Assembly (NCBI RefSeq): GCF_018977255.1
Contig: NW_024704742.1
Span: 29,142,001-29,206,000 of the forward strand
DNA from: Callorhinchus milii
Taxonomy: Eukaryota
Length of the DNA stretch: 64,000 nt
Reading direction: 5' to 3'
Of the stretch, positions 23,897 through 37,224 are shown one piece after another (the first letter of the stretch is position 1; every line of letters starts with the position of its first letter). The notes below the pieces were generated by a model. It was not told the DNA's origin. It saw only the letters and a list, made by a program, of their open reading frames with translations, and did no database searches. The translations under genes and the position numbers were made by a program.

Positions 23897-26855
23897 ACGT
23901 GGAGCAGGCCGGAGCTGGCTGAGCGGAGGGAGCGGGTGGGTTGGTAGGGGGTTAGTAGGTCCAGAGGTAGGGTGGGGCGAGGACATTTGGAGTCCTGTAG
24001 CTCAGTGGTTAGAGCACTCGCTCTGCAAGTGAGAAACCTGAGTTCAATTCCAGTCAGGGCGAAACCTTGGGCAAGTTTCCTTACTCCACTCGCCTAATAA
24101 TAATCCCTCCAAAACAAAAAACAATAATAAAATTGGTCATTTTTAATCTACGACTGTTTGTGGAACATTGCTGTGCGCAATTGGCTGCCGCGTTCGCCCA
24201 CAAATATACAGTCAATTCACTTTACAGTATATTCTGTGAAGCGCTTTGGGACGTCCTCCCGACGTGAAAAGCGCTATATCAAATGCAAGGATTATTATTA
24301 TTATTATTATTGAGGGCTTTGTATGTGAGGACCAGGATCTTGAGCTGGATCCTCTGAAGGATAGCGAGCCAATGGAGTCGGGCGAGAATTGGATAGATGG
24401 GGTCATGAAGTTTGGTGCGGGAGAGGACACGGGCTGCAGAGTTCTGGATTATCTGCAGCCTGTGGAGGGAGAAGTTGGGAAGGCCGACAAGCAGGGCTTA
24501 GCCAAGCCTGGAGGTGATGAAGGCATGAACAACAGTTTCAGCGGCCTGAGAGTTGTGGTAGTGGTGGAGTCGGGCGATGTTACGGAGCTGAGTGAAGGCA
24601 GAGCGGGTCATGGCTCGGATGTGGGGAAGAAAAGACAGTTGAGGGTCGAACAAGACACCGAGGTTCCTGACTGGCTGGTGAGTTGTAGTGAGCAACCATG
24701 GAGGTTGATGCTGCCAGAGCCTGAGGTACTGAGGCACTGACGTGAGCCAATCAGGAGGGCCTCAGTCTTGTTCGCATTCAACTGTAGGAAATTTGCCCTC
24801 ATCCAGGACTTGATGTCCACTGGTAGTCTGTCAGGACAGCAGTGGTCCTGGAGTTGAGGGTGGAGGCAAAAAGATAGAGTTGGGTGCCATCCGCCTACAT
24901 ATGGAAGTTGACCCCATGTCTGTTATGTCACCAAGGGGGAGCATGTAGATATTAAAGAGGAGAAAGCCAAGGACAGAGCCCTGGGGGACGCCAGACGTGA
25001 CAGTGCGGGGGCTGGAGGAGAAACCGTTAGAGGCAACAAAGTGGAGACGGTGAGAGAGAGAGAAGAATCAAACCACGGCAACCGTGAAGATTAAGTAAAT
25101 AGGAGAGGCGGTGTATGAGGATAGAGTGCTCGACAGTGTCGAAGGCGGCAGAGAGGTCGAAGAGGACAAGGAGGCAGAGGGAGCCCTGATCACAGATGTT
25201 CAGAATGTCATTAGTAACTTTGCCCAGGGCTGTTTCCGTGCTATGGGCAGCGCGGAAGCCGGATTGGAGGGGTTCAAAGAGGGAGTGGCGAGAAAGAAAG
25301 GAGCAGAGCTGGAATGTGACGACTTGTTCCAGGACCTTGGAGATGAATGGGAGGTTAGAGATGGGGCGGTAGCTGGAAAGAAGGGATTGGCCCAGGGAAG
25401 GATTTTTTCAAAATGGGGTTGATGAGGGCTGTTTTTAGGGGGGGTGGGAACTGAACCGGTGGACAAGGAGAGGTTGATGACATTGAACAGGAGAGGGGCC
25501 AGAAGGTGGAGCTGGGAGATGAGGAGAGAGTTGGGGATGAAATCAAGGGAGCAGGTGGTCAGTTTGAGTTTGCGAATAATCGTGGTGAGGGAGGAGGGAG
25601 AGATAGGGTCGAAGGAGTATAAAGGGGATGGTTGTGGGGTGGGTCATGAGGGAGAAGTGACATGGGGGTGGCTGTGGACAGGGCTGAGGTGGCTGAACAT
25701 ATCCTCTCAATTTTGGTTTTAAGGAAATCCAGCATCTCCTCACAGTTGGAGTTTGAGGAGAGGATGGGCGAGGTATGGGAAGGTGGATGGAGGAGACGGT
25801 TTGTGGTGGAAAAGATATGCCTGAAGTTGTCCTTTGCCTCCAAGATAACCTTGGAGTAGAAGGAGGATTTGGTGGAGGCAAGAGCACAGTTGTAGATCTT
25901 GGTGTGGTGAAGCCAAATCTGGCGATGGACCGTTAGTTTGGATTTGGTCCAGGTGCGTTCGGCAGCTCACACTTGTGCCTTGAGGGAACGGAGATGGCTG
26001 GTGTACCGGGAGATTTACGGTAGTATGAGGCAGTTCGGGAGGTGAGGGGGGCAAGGGAGTCCAGAATAGAGGAGAGGGAGTTGTGGAGAAAGGAGAGTGA
26101 GGAGGGAAGATCGGTCAGGGAGGGCCAGATGTGTAGGAGTTCAGATGATTCCAGGCCAGTGGAGAGAGAGGAAGGTGGAGGGTTGGGAAAGGGGAAGGGA
26201 TACGGAGGTGTTGAAGGAGATGAAGTGGTGGTCCGAGATGGCTTTATTGATGATGGTGATGTACGAGATGGTGAGGTCCTGGGTGATCACCAGGTCAAGG
26301 GGGTGGCCATGGTTGTGGGTGGGTGGGTGGATGAGGAGGGAGAGGTTAAGGGAAGAGAGGAGGGAAGAGAAGTCGGCAGAGTTAGAGCAGGAGGGGTTGA
26401 AGTGGAGGTTGAAGTCGCCTAAGATTAGGAGGTGTTCAGAACAGAGGGAGAGGGAAGGTAGGAGAGAGGAGATGTCCGAGAGGAAGGTGGGAGAAGGCTT
26501 GGGGCGATGGTAAACAAGGAGGATTTTGAGGGAAAGCCTGGAGGGGTTATAGAGGGTAAGGTGTTCAGAGGAGGGGAAGGTTCCGGAGGAGTAAGGGGAA
26601 AGGCCGAGGGGGGACCGGGAGATGAGAGCCACACCACCACCATGGCGATTAGGCCGTGGGATTTGGTGAAAGGTGTAACCTGGAGGTGTGGCCTCAACTA
26701 GTGGGAAGGTGTCGCCTGGGGTGACCCAAGTTTCGGTGAGGGCGAGGATGTCAATGTTTTCCTGGACAGTGAGGTCATGGATTGTAAGGGACATGTTGGT
26801 TAGTGAGCGGACGTTCTGCAGACCAACGTGGAAGTGACAGTTAGTGGTGGGAGTG
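23897..26855 (-). mobile_element. Near full-length L2 ORF2 (APE endonuclease plus RT), frameshifted; interrupted by a SINE at 23988-24311
   Basis: LQNVRSL, DILALTETW, LLILGDFN, HPLDLVIT, ISDHHFI (APE); [40 protein letters not shown] (RT); LTYKAL|NVLA continues across the SINE. Confidence 0.95.
23988..24311 (+). mobile_element. Young tRNA/Deu SINE, full length, inserted in L2
   Basis: tggagtcctgtagctcagtggttagagcac (A box)...gagttcaattcc (B box)...(att)n tail. Confidence 0.95.
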
Positions 26856-26864
26856 TGACATTGT

Positions 26865-27165
26865 CAAAGTGCTTCACTGGATTTATTATAAAGTGCAGTG
26901 ACTGCATTTTCAAGCAAACACAGCAGTCAATTTGCACACAGCAATGTCCCACAAACAGCCATTAAGTGAATTTAATTGGAGGATTGTTGGCCAGGGAACT
27001 GGGAGAAACTCCTTGCTCTTTTCAATTAGTGCCACAGGATTCTTAACATCCACCTTAACAGGCAGAAAGGAAATCAGTTCAGTATCTCATCCGAAAGCAC
27101 AGCACCCCGAGCACTGCAATGGAGCATCTGCTTGGACTATAAGAGTTCCAGTTTGGTGGTTGGGT
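26865..27165 (-). mobile_element. Older Deu-domain SINE
   Basis: caaagtgcttcac...aatttgcacacagcaatgtcccacaaacagcc...gattcttaacatccacc. Confidence 0.75.
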
Positions 27166-28227
27166 TAACTATCTGAAAATTGCCCACGATTCATGCCTGC
27201 ACATTGACATTGAGTGTCGACAGGCTATTCAAATATGGAAGTATTGCAGATGAGCACAATTCTGTTCTAATCCTATGTGTACCCTGAAATATGCAGTTGA
27301 CAGCCAAAGTAAAGGATTCGCAAATCGCCTGCAATCCGTTTTACTGACTATTTATAAAATAGTTAAGGACACGTGAAATTCCCTGCGTAGATGTGTGTTT
27401 GAAACAAACCCATAAATTTTGAGCAAAGGTTGTTAGGCTAACCCATAAATTAGACCCCAGTGTTGATGTTAGTTAGCAGGCAAATTCACTGCTATGAGCT
27501 CTCCAGTTGATCTGAATATTCAAGGCGATTGGATACATTTCACATGAAATGAAAACCATCGTTTTTACACAACTGGACATTTATCGTACAACCAAGGTTT
27601 GTTTGAGTTTTTCTTTAATGACTCTGCTGGTGTAAGCTGGTAATTAGGGCGTATGAAATGGCTTGGTCTAACATCTGCATGCGAGACAGCCCCGCGCAGA
27701 CAAACCAAATGCCAATCAGTCAGCCGGGTCAGGACTGCTGTTGCACTTCAGCGACAGAGATAAAATCAAATCTCAAGCTTACGCTTGTGAAACCTAGAGA
27801 CATTCTGTGATGAGACCCAATGGACCTGCAGTATCCTTGAATATACTCAATCGAGTCTTGGCAAGGAGCTGGATTTATAATAATTATTATTAATAATAAT
27901 CCTTGCATTTGGTATTGTACCTTTTAGTCAGCAGGACGTCTCAAAGAGGCTATATAGAATACATCGCAATATGTTCATGGCTATGTAGTTCATAGACAAA
28001 TAGCACATGGAAAAGTCCCAAAAAACAGTCATATAGTGAAGGATTTCATTTCATGGCTGTCAGAAGGCAGGATTTTCTCCAATGGTGATTTCACATTCTC
28101 AACCAGGCCAGTGCGTGAATGGAAGATGTGCATACTATAAGAAAAGAGGGCAGATAAATACAGTGGAGTCAACTGACACCATTGGCACCCACCTCCTCTG
28201 AGGAGCCAGTAATTGACCCTCATCAGG

Positions 28228-28286
28228 TCAGACCATGGAGCAGTCACCTGTCTTCTCTTTACAGAATGGTACTTGCTGCAGGGCAC
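28228..28286 (-). CDS. Possible exon (GALQQVPFCKEKTGDCSMV*, or 39-nt cassette using the donor at 28248)
   Basis: Acceptor ctttttcctcttgtttag; internal CAG|gtgact donor; no recognised homology. Confidence 0.3.
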
Positions 28287-28519
28287 CTAAACAAGAGGAA
28301 AAAGCAAAATATACTTCCATAATCACTACATTCAGCTAATAATAAGTTATTTTCTCAACTTATGGATGTCTTAATGTCTCTAACTTTCTCCTCCTACCCT
28401 GCTTCTCCCCTTCCCCCCACTCCTCATGTGAGTACACTGTGCACGCACATTCACACACACAAATACACATAAATACACAGGTGATTCTTGAGATTCTCTG
28501 TTAATAGGAGATGCTCACA

Positions 28520-28715
28520 GAGATGGCCATCAGCACGCAGGCTTTCAGCTATTCTGACCCCTCCCCCCCAGCTGCAGTCTCTTGGTCTCTTGGTCCATCC
28601 TGGAGTTCCTCCGACTCACTCCCTCTCTCACCTTATTCAAGGTACATTTCAAAACTTACCATCTTAACTGCACTTTCAGTCACCTTTCATCTCCCCAACC
28701 CCTCTTTCCTCATAG
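28520..28715 (+). mobile_element. Decayed L2 3' fragment
   Basis: accatcagc-like/gcaggctttcagct...ctggagttcctcc...attcaaggtacatttcaaaactta. Confidence 0.55.
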
Positions 28716-31700
28716 CACAGTTCGAAAAAAAAACAGAGTTTCTCCCTGTGTACTCTCCCAAGCACTGGCCAATAATCCGCCAAAATAAAATGGGTCACTC
28801 ACATGAATTCATGGCTGTTTATGAGATATTGTTGTGTGCAAATTGGCTGCTGCATTCACCAACAAATACCCAGGTCAAAACATAGTAAAATCCTGTCTGA
28901 TTAGGGAAACAGGTTTGGGGTAAGTAGTGGATTACAGACAGATCACACTCCGAGCCCTAATAGCTACAGCTAGCCAGAAGCAGTGGGCTAAAACTAACAC
29001 GCATGCAATCATAGGAGAGAACAGACCTGCCCAATATCAATTAAATCCAAGCCCCCTCTTCGAGATAGCGTCTCATGCCTCTAAAAAGATCTCCAGCTGA
29101 AGCAGATGTGANTTTTTTTCCACCTATGTTCTCTCCAGATGTGTCTCCAATGAATTGGCCTTACTTCGATCCATCTCACCAGCTGTTTTGGACTCCTTTT
29201 GTACTTACTGCAGATGGCTGCTCAGCCCACTAATCACTTTGATGAAAATCAGCACAGCACTGAGGGAAATTAGCAGTGCATGAAGAAGGAAAACCTTCTG
29301 AGTAAAGGATAGCATTGGCAATCAGGGTGAACCTGTCAGTCAGACCTGGACCATCTTGGTTTGGCTTCTGTATTGAATTTCCCATAGGTAGGATTCCAGC
29401 ACACTAAAATCCTCAACTTATTCATGTTGTGCAGCTATTCAGACGCAAAGCAGAAGGAGGGAGAAAAAGAAAAATGGGATTATTACACTCAGTGCTGCTA
29501 ACTTGATTCCAGGCAGCTTTTTACAGTGTTTTTTCTACTGCTAATGTTGGGAGTCCCAACACACCATAACAAGGAACAACTGGCTTCAAATTCACATCTG
29601 CTCAATGTTATGTAACTTGTGTTCTCAAACCCAGACATGTTTCTATAAGCACATGAAACACACACACCACACACTTCGTAAATGTATCTACAGCCATTAT
29701 TAAACAACAGATGTATATTTTGTGCACTCATTGAAAACCACAAGTAAATCAAAAAGAGGGCATCAGCTTCCTGATTCTCTCATCTCTCAATACTGTAATC
29801 AACCATACATTTCATATAGTGCCTTTTACATTAGGAGAACATCTCCAAGCACTTCACAGGATTTATGTAAAGTGTAGTGACTATATTTTGTCAGCAAATG
29901 CAAACTATGTCAACCTTCAGATTCAGCATCCTTTTCAGATGTCCACTTTTAGTACTCCTGAGAGGAGCAATAAGCAAACCTCAACAAGATCAGCAACCTG
30001 CAATTATGTTAAAAAGAATTAGTCTCAAACCACTTATTAAGGTGTAACCTCAAACTGCTCACTTGAACGTTCCTCAGTAACTGTTAACATTCCCAGATGA
30101 ACCATCAAGTATTGCTCGATAAACCAAGCAAAGGAAAGAGGAAATATAAACAAAGTATCTCAGCATGAAGGAGCAAATATTCCTATGATATCCTCAGCTC
30201 TGGCCTCACAAATCACAGCACTTTCTTCCAGAGACAGGAGTGCTGCTTCATTTATTTCACAGCACCTCCCAAATCAGACCTGTAAGCTGTTTTGTAGGAT
30301 AATTTACCTGCATTTCATTTATTTGTGCTAAATCCGTCTGCCGTTCCTCATCCCATCTGTACCATCAGTTTTTAAATGTTACTACCTTCCTTGTGTTTGT
30401 CACCTGGCTGCAATCAATAAAATAAAAATACTCATCAATTTTCTCCCCTCCTCTCCTATTCTGAAGGTATTTGACTCCTTTTCTCTTTGTTTCACTCCAC
30501 TGGCACTAGGCATTCTCTGATACCTCACCCAAATGGTCACAATTCAAGTGTAAGCCTGTGCAGTGAATGTGCACTGGCTATTTATTATATAATAATAACC
30601 CTTGCATTTGATATGGTGTGTTTCATATTGCGAACACTTTACAGGTTGTACAGTAGTGACTGTGTATTTTATAAGCGGACACAAAACCAACCTTGTGATC
30701 TTGTGCTTTAACTCAGCGAATTGTTTGCATTCAGAACCTGTTGATAATTATCAACATAAATTGTTACATGCCATAACAGATACACTGGAAAAATCATCAC
30801 TTAAACTAATAGAACTCTCCTGCTTGCTTCCTGCTCAACTTCGTACACCAACTCTGAGCCACAAAGAGTGCTGCAATTAAATCCTTTATGAAATATTGCA
30901 ATTTGTACCCCAATGTGAGAATTCACTACAGATGTTATGACACTGTCCCTCTCAGAGATGTCTTCTACCTCCCACCTATCCCCAACAGAGAGGGACCATT
31001 GGACATTCCAATCAGAGTAAGAAACAGTATTTCTCTCTAAACCCCATAGCAATATCGTCCCTGAGCCTTGGGTGGAGAAGTCCAACTCTATTAACCAAAG
31101 TAGACTGAAAGGACCAGAAAAGTGAGTTAAAAAAAATGGAAGAATCTGATAAATCGAAGACATATCATTAAGCAAAGTAAAACTGCACAGGCAAGAAAAT
31201 CCTGACAATTAATTATTTTGTGGCATTTAAGAGACATTCTGATTTTTCCAAAACTCATGGCTTCTAATGAATCAAGAAACTGAAAGAATATGTGGTACCA
31301 TTAAATGATGTCTCAGTGAGACATCAGCATGGCCTGGAGAGCTGAGCTTCAAACCCAGAAAAATAATAAGTGAGGACAACTGATAAGCACTGTAAATAGC
31401 TACCAGTGTGAACTGATGAAGTCTGTTATTGAAAAAATTCCTGAAATGGAAAGACTTCATTGTATATTTTTCCCCCCAGATCAATGATCCACCAAGAAAT
31501 ATATTTAACTTAGATATTTTAGTACCTGTTGAGAATCATACTCATTTACATTTTATTTCTTTATCCTTGACTAATTTAAGATGGTTATAAAGAATGACCT
31601 CCATCTTTCTTCCCTCCCTCCCTCCTTGTTCTTGCCTTTTGGAAAAAAATGTTTCTCTTAAAAACCTTTGGGGTTAGAAAATGGCTGAACATTTCAAGAT

Positions 31701-31857
31701 TTCGCAATTGTATATTATTTCCTTTTCTTTTTCATTTATTTCGCTCTGACATCTTAGGTGTAATTAAAATCGTAGAAAGTCACAGCACAAAAACATTTTT
31801 TCTATAACAAGTTTCTCCTAAAGGAAGCAATAAACATCACAGAGACTTCCATTGATG

Positions 31858-32290
31858 GATGTCAGCTTGGATCAGTTGCTAGCACTCTTGCCTCAGAGTT
31901 AGAGGGTTGTGGGTCAAGATCCATGATGGCATTTTGAGATCAATACAATCCAGACTGATACACCCCAGCACTGCATTGTCAGTGGTGCTATCCTTTGGAT
32001 GAGATGTTAAACTGAGCTCCTATCTATCTGCCTGTCTAAGTGGACATTAAAGATCCCTTGGCAAAACTGGAAAAGAGACTGGTATTTTTCTGGTGTCATT
32101 GACTAACATTTCTCCAGATAAATTTGATCATTCACTCCTTGGCTGTTTGCGTGATACTGCTGTGTGAAAATTGGATCTTGCACTGCCTATAAATATGCAG
32201 TTACTACACTTTCCCTGTGAATCCTATGAAGTGCTTTGAGACGGTTCAACAATGTGTTGAGACGGTTCAACACAATAACAAATGTAATAA
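31858..32290 (+). mobile_element. Older Deu-domain SINE, near full length
   Basis: gtcagcttggatcagttgctagcactcttgcctcagagttagagggttgtggg head; ctgcattgtcagtggtgc...gatgagatgttaaactgag...gtggacattaaagatccc body; L2-like tail. Confidence 0.8.
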
Positions 32291-34009
32291 TTAATACTAT
32301 TCTACAAGGAAAATGATTAACAAAAAAACAAATAGTGACACCCACTAATATCCGAATGTACATCATGTTGATCTGTGGAAAATCCGGTAAGGTGCAAAAT
32401 TAAGTTACTTTTGCAAGTAATGCAACACTATTTCTGCTTTTACAGAGCAGTTTTTGAAAGTGTGCTTTTGTGCAAAATGTACATATTTCATGTCATAGTG
32501 TCTCCCTCTCACACAACTCTTCAATTTCGAGCCAATCAATAACATGGGCCATTGTTTTGTCTTCTTGCTCTGTAATCGGACGCTAGGAGGGGTAGATACC
32601 ACCTAACTCCTCGCCTGCACGGTCCACTTGCAATGATCCGCTGTTTTCATATGTATTCTGTAGAGTAACTGGCCTTGTCTTAGGTTTTACTGTTGGATGC
32701 ATATTACTGTTATTTTGTGCGCTTGGCAGCTCAGAGCCAACCCCACACTAGCTTATAATGCATCTCTTATACTGCAATCATTATTCTGCATTCGCGTTTC
32801 TATATTCAGTCGCACATTTTTATCTCAGTGTAACACAACTGACAGGCATAATGATTTCAGCGTTTTCACCAAGGAACAGCTCGGAGTATTAGTTGACAAA
32901 TCACAAATAGAAAGAGTTATCTGGACCCTTTCTTTTTTTGTCCATTGTTAGCATTCCTTCACAAGTCAGACAACTCACAGTTGCAACTGCGTCTGCAAAT
33001 GATGATCCCTAAAATACTTATGCGCAGTGGAGACAGAGGCAGCAGCAGAACGCTCCAAAAAGTCATATTATCTCTCACACAATTCATCTCAGACAGCACA
33101 AACTCTATCAACGCCAAATTAAAAGAAAGGGGGGAAGGGAAGCGGGAGAGGAGAAGTTGATACTTTGCTATTTTGAAGGAAATATTGGAATAGAAACAAT
33201 AATTGAAAGAAAAGTTGGGATCTTATTGTTGTTAAATGCATTAAAAACACATTAGCTGCTTATACATTAGAAATAAAGGGAAGCAGATACTGCAAAGATT
33301 TGAACAGTGACCTTGGCGTCCACGTGACTGCATCCCTCCTCAGGACCCTGACGCTGCTCGACATCTGGCTGCTAGTTGAGGTCAATGCCCCAGGAGGGTC
33401 AGCCAGTCCCATCCCTGTAGAGAGAGGGCCAGGAAATGACAAGCTCATTTTGGACGGACAATGAGTAGCCTGGCGCCTGCTGCACTGTGCAGCCACTGTT
33501 CCTTTAGCAACAGTTTGCTCTGCTCACCTCATTAGCTTTGTCTGAAGTGAAGATGTTATTGTACAGAGCGTGGCAGCTGCTCCAAAAGGGCCCAGTGAGA
33601 CAAAAGTAGCCCATCAATGTTTGCAGCAGTGGAAACTTCAATTGGATTTAAATTAACCAATATCGTTGAGTGCAATTAGCCACAACACACTATTGTTCAT
33701 TACTAATGGCTTGTGTGTAAAATACTAACTACTGTAAGTGTGTTCTTAATTTTAGATGTTTTTAGATTATAAAATGTGTTTATATATATATATGCGTGTG
33801 TATAGAATGTGTTTCCTCCAACCTCAACAGATCAAAAACTATGTCAATGCAACAACAACAACAAATTGCATTCGTATAGCGCCTTTCACGTCAGGAGGAC
33901 AGTCAGGGCACATGAAATACAATATCCTGTTATTGTGTTTTTCTCATTCACCAGATCAAATGTTGATAAATGGTTTACTTTCCCTTTCTCTGACTCAACT
34001 TGTTTGTCT

Positions 34010-34520
34010 GCCTTGCCCTCCTCGGCCTCTCTGCTGTTTTTGTCATTGAAAACCATTCATTCATTCATTCTTCGCCATCTCCTTGCTGATCCACCACGAC
34101 GCTGACTTTTCTGATTCCAATTTCTATCTGTCACCACGTCTTCACTACATCTCCTCTAACGAAACCTCGACTCTCTCTTGCACATTCGTCCCTTTCAGAT
34201 GATCCTTGGTCACTCCTTTTCCTCCCCAGTGACTTCATCAGCAGGCTAACTTCTACAGGTATGTCAATGACACACAACTCTACTCTCTGCCTTCACACAG
34301 AATTCCTGGACCACTGATATCCTGACTGAATCTAACAGATATCAAATCCAAGATGGGCCTTAATCATTGAACCATTATTTGGCCTCCATCCCCTCATCAG
34401 TGGCCAAACTTTGAGCTCCTATGGCTCCACTCAGGGAAACGCCTTCAAAAATCCCTCTCTCCCTCCTTCCTTCCTTCTTTTCAGATCCTCCAAAAAGACT
34501 AACTGTTCGGATCTGCTTTC
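34010..34520 (+). mobile_element. Highly decayed L2 RT fragment
   Basis: ctcggcctctctgctgtttt (LSAAF-like); gatccttggtcactcctttt; tatgtcaatgacacacaactctac (YADDTQLY-like). Confidence 0.6.
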
Positions 34521-35361
34521 TGTCAATCTTCAGTCAGTGATATTCCCCCCCTTAAGGTTAAGGGTTTGACTGATTCTCACATGCTCTTTATTTGGGGGAT
34601 TTAACTTGCCTCGTCCGTCTGCTTTCTCACGCTAGCGGGTTACTTGTCATAATGCATCAGCACGTTCTGTTTTAAATGAGGGGGAGGCAGCACCACTCCC
34701 TGTTTACCAAATCAATTGAAATCAACAATTGTGGTGGAAAGTGAGCAGTCATCGCAGCTGTGTGTGACAGATGAAGCACTGCACGGCTGTCTTTATCCAT
34801 GTAAAATGGGCTGTTAGCTATTGTGAGACAGAATCTCGGGATTGCGGGCGAGAATGTGCATGATGGAAAATGAATTTGGAAGTAAGATGAACAAATGATG
34901 TGAAAATCAACATGACATAGATCTTTTTCAGCACAAGGCTGTGCTGGGGAATCTTTGCATTAGATTGAAAAATGTGTTGGTAAATGAAGTCAGACGTTTG
35001 CTATCAATCTATGATCAGGGGAGGAGTGGTGGGGGCGCGGGTGGCAGAAGAGAAAAGATGTGCTTCAGGAACTTTCTGAGTATGAGCATGTGCTCTGTAG
35101 CAGCTGTAGTGAAAAAAGTTAAAAGGTCTAGCACTGAGTCGCTGGGCTTCTATTCCAAAGGTTAGAGTTCAAATATTCATACTCACATGTCATTCAGGCA
35201 AGGAGTGTCTCAAATGGATACCAGTGGCTCTCGAGCTTCTGGTGGGCCTCCAGCTAATAAGGCACTTCATGCCCTGTGGGAGCGAGGGAAAGCTCCTCAC
35301 TCAGTGGAAACATGCCTCTCTCTGGTGCTTTTGAACTGGCTATGGAGAAATAGAGATATGG

Positions 35362-35708
35362 AGAAGTGGTTAGAGTGCTCGCCCGGCAAGCGAGAGGACC
35401 CGAGTTCGATTCTCAGGCAGGGCGAAACCTTAGGCAAGTTTCCTTACTCCACACACCTTTGTTCACCCAGCACTAAGTAGCAACCCGGTTATAAGTGGAT
35501 TGGCTGATCGCTTCCCGGGGGGTATCAATCCCTCCAACACAAAATTGGTCACTCAAACCACAACTGTTTGTGGTACACTGCTGTGCGCAAATGGCTGCTG
35601 CATTTTGCCCACGAAAAAAAAGCCAGGTCAATTTACTTTGCAGTATATTCTGTGAAGTGCTTTGAGACGTCACAATGACGTGATAAGGCACTATATCAAA
35701 AGCAAGGA
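35362..35708 (+). mobile_element. tRNA/Deu SINE, long variant
   Basis: agtggttagagtgctcgcccggcaagcgagaggacccgagttcgattc...gttcacccagcactaagtagcaacccgg...cactatatcaaaagcaagg. Confidence 0.88.
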
Positions 35709-35709
35709 G

Positions 35710-35962
35710 GCAGGACGAAACCTTGGGCAAGTTTCCTTACCCCACACGCCTAATAATAATCCCTCCAAAACTAAAAACAATAATTAAATTGGTCATTTTC
35801 AATCTACGACTGTTTGTGGGACATTGCTGTGCGCAATTGGCTGCCGCGTTCGCCCACAAATATACAGTCAATTCACTTTACAGTGTGTTCTGTGAAGCGC
35901 TTTGGGACGTCCTCCCGACGTGGAAAGCGCTATATCAAATGCAAGGATTATTATTATTATTG
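35710..35962 (+). mobile_element. Young tRNA/Deu SINE, 5'-truncated, in tandem with the previous copy
   Basis: cgaaaccttgggcaagtttcc...gcgctatatcaaatgcaaggattattatt. Confidence 0.92.
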
Positions 35963-37224
35963 TTAATATTATTAAATGGCAGCAAATTCCCTCAAAGTCC
36001 AGTGTCTCACTTTGGAAGTAAAAATAATGCTCCTTCACAATGAGCATGCAGTCTAATTTTGTTCTCAGCTCAAAGGAAAAAGAAGAACAATCCCGGCCCA
36101 TTAATATTTACAAAGGCAAATGAGGATGTAACAGACCGCACACGTGCGGAGACATTATTATGGAGCTTCCCAACATCCACATTTCATCGGCCGGTGCAAG
36201 TCCTGTTAAGAGAATTCTCGGGCCAATACACCCAGACCAGCATTCCATCCATCAGTTTCTGCAGTGCCCAATAGCAAGATCTTATGGTTCCCCACTGTAA
36301 AGATCAGAGAGTGTTCATGCTGGATGCAGGACAGTTATACTGGTCAGTGAGTCTCCTACCAGCAGAGCCACAGTTTATTTCTCCTTCCGAGTGTAACCTC
36401 AACAGTAACTCTCCTATATGGAGGACAATGCACAGAGATAAGCAGTCAGAAAGGAGAAAGCAGAATATCAATGGGGTCATGGGGGAATCACAATTACTAT
36501 TCAACGTTTTAGCAAATCTCATTCTGGAAACTGTCCTTCCAGTTCAGCCTTTGTGCAATGCTCTTTAGTTTTCCAATTATTGGTCTGTCACGTACTGTAA
36601 TCGCTCAACACTGGCAGTCTCTACAGATGTCAGGGGTATCTTCAAGAGGCAAGAGCAGCTTCTCAGTACTACCTCCCACCCTGCCCCCACCCCCACCTGG
36701 AGCCAAAGAGGAGAGGAGAGAAATTCCATCTGTAACTAGACTTAAGGACTTTTCTTTAGTATTTTAGAGTGAGCAAATTTTGTTCAATTCTAACTTGGGT
36801 CTCAATTTTAAAGACTGAAAAGATCAGAAAGAAAATAAGCTTCAAAACTAAGCTGAAGGTCGAATTTCTGCACCCCCCCCCGGTTCTGGAATTACTTCAC
36901 ACTGATAAAATTTCTGTTTATAATATATGTTCCCAAGAAGGTGTGATGCCAGCTTGGCTGATCCACATTGAATGATGCGACAGCAGCAATCAGCTACCTG
37001 ATGCTGAATTGCTAATTGTACTGTGTGATTGAAAGCCACAAAGCATTTAGCAAAAGAGTTCAACTATACAGCTGCTCAAGCACAACACCTCCTGAGTTGT
37101 TGCTGAGCTGCTCGACTATGTCAAAGTTAATAAATAAACAGAGATTTGTTTTTTGTTTGTGTGTTAGTCTGACATTACACTTCCGATTGGAAAGCCGGGG
37201 GTGGTGGGAGGTAGAATTTCAGTG

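Noticed and set aside
23988..24060. tRNA gene (also at 15890, 58602, 59230)
   Set aside because: tRNA-like A/B boxes are SINE heads that continue into the SINE body and L2 tail; no complete cloverleaf
25111..26701. Gly/Glu/Arg-rich plus-strand ORFs
   Set aside because: Antisense shadows of the C-rich L2 ORF2
31012..31104. Minus-strand peptide ending FREKYCFLL*, resembling a G-protein gamma CaaX end
   Set aside because: Upstream residues do not match G-gamma (no DPLL/NPF); insufficient support
35723..36043. Repeated peptides MGKFPYSTRLIIIPPK / HCCAQLAAAFAHKYTV as a gene family
   Set aside because: Translations of the same SINE at multiple loci
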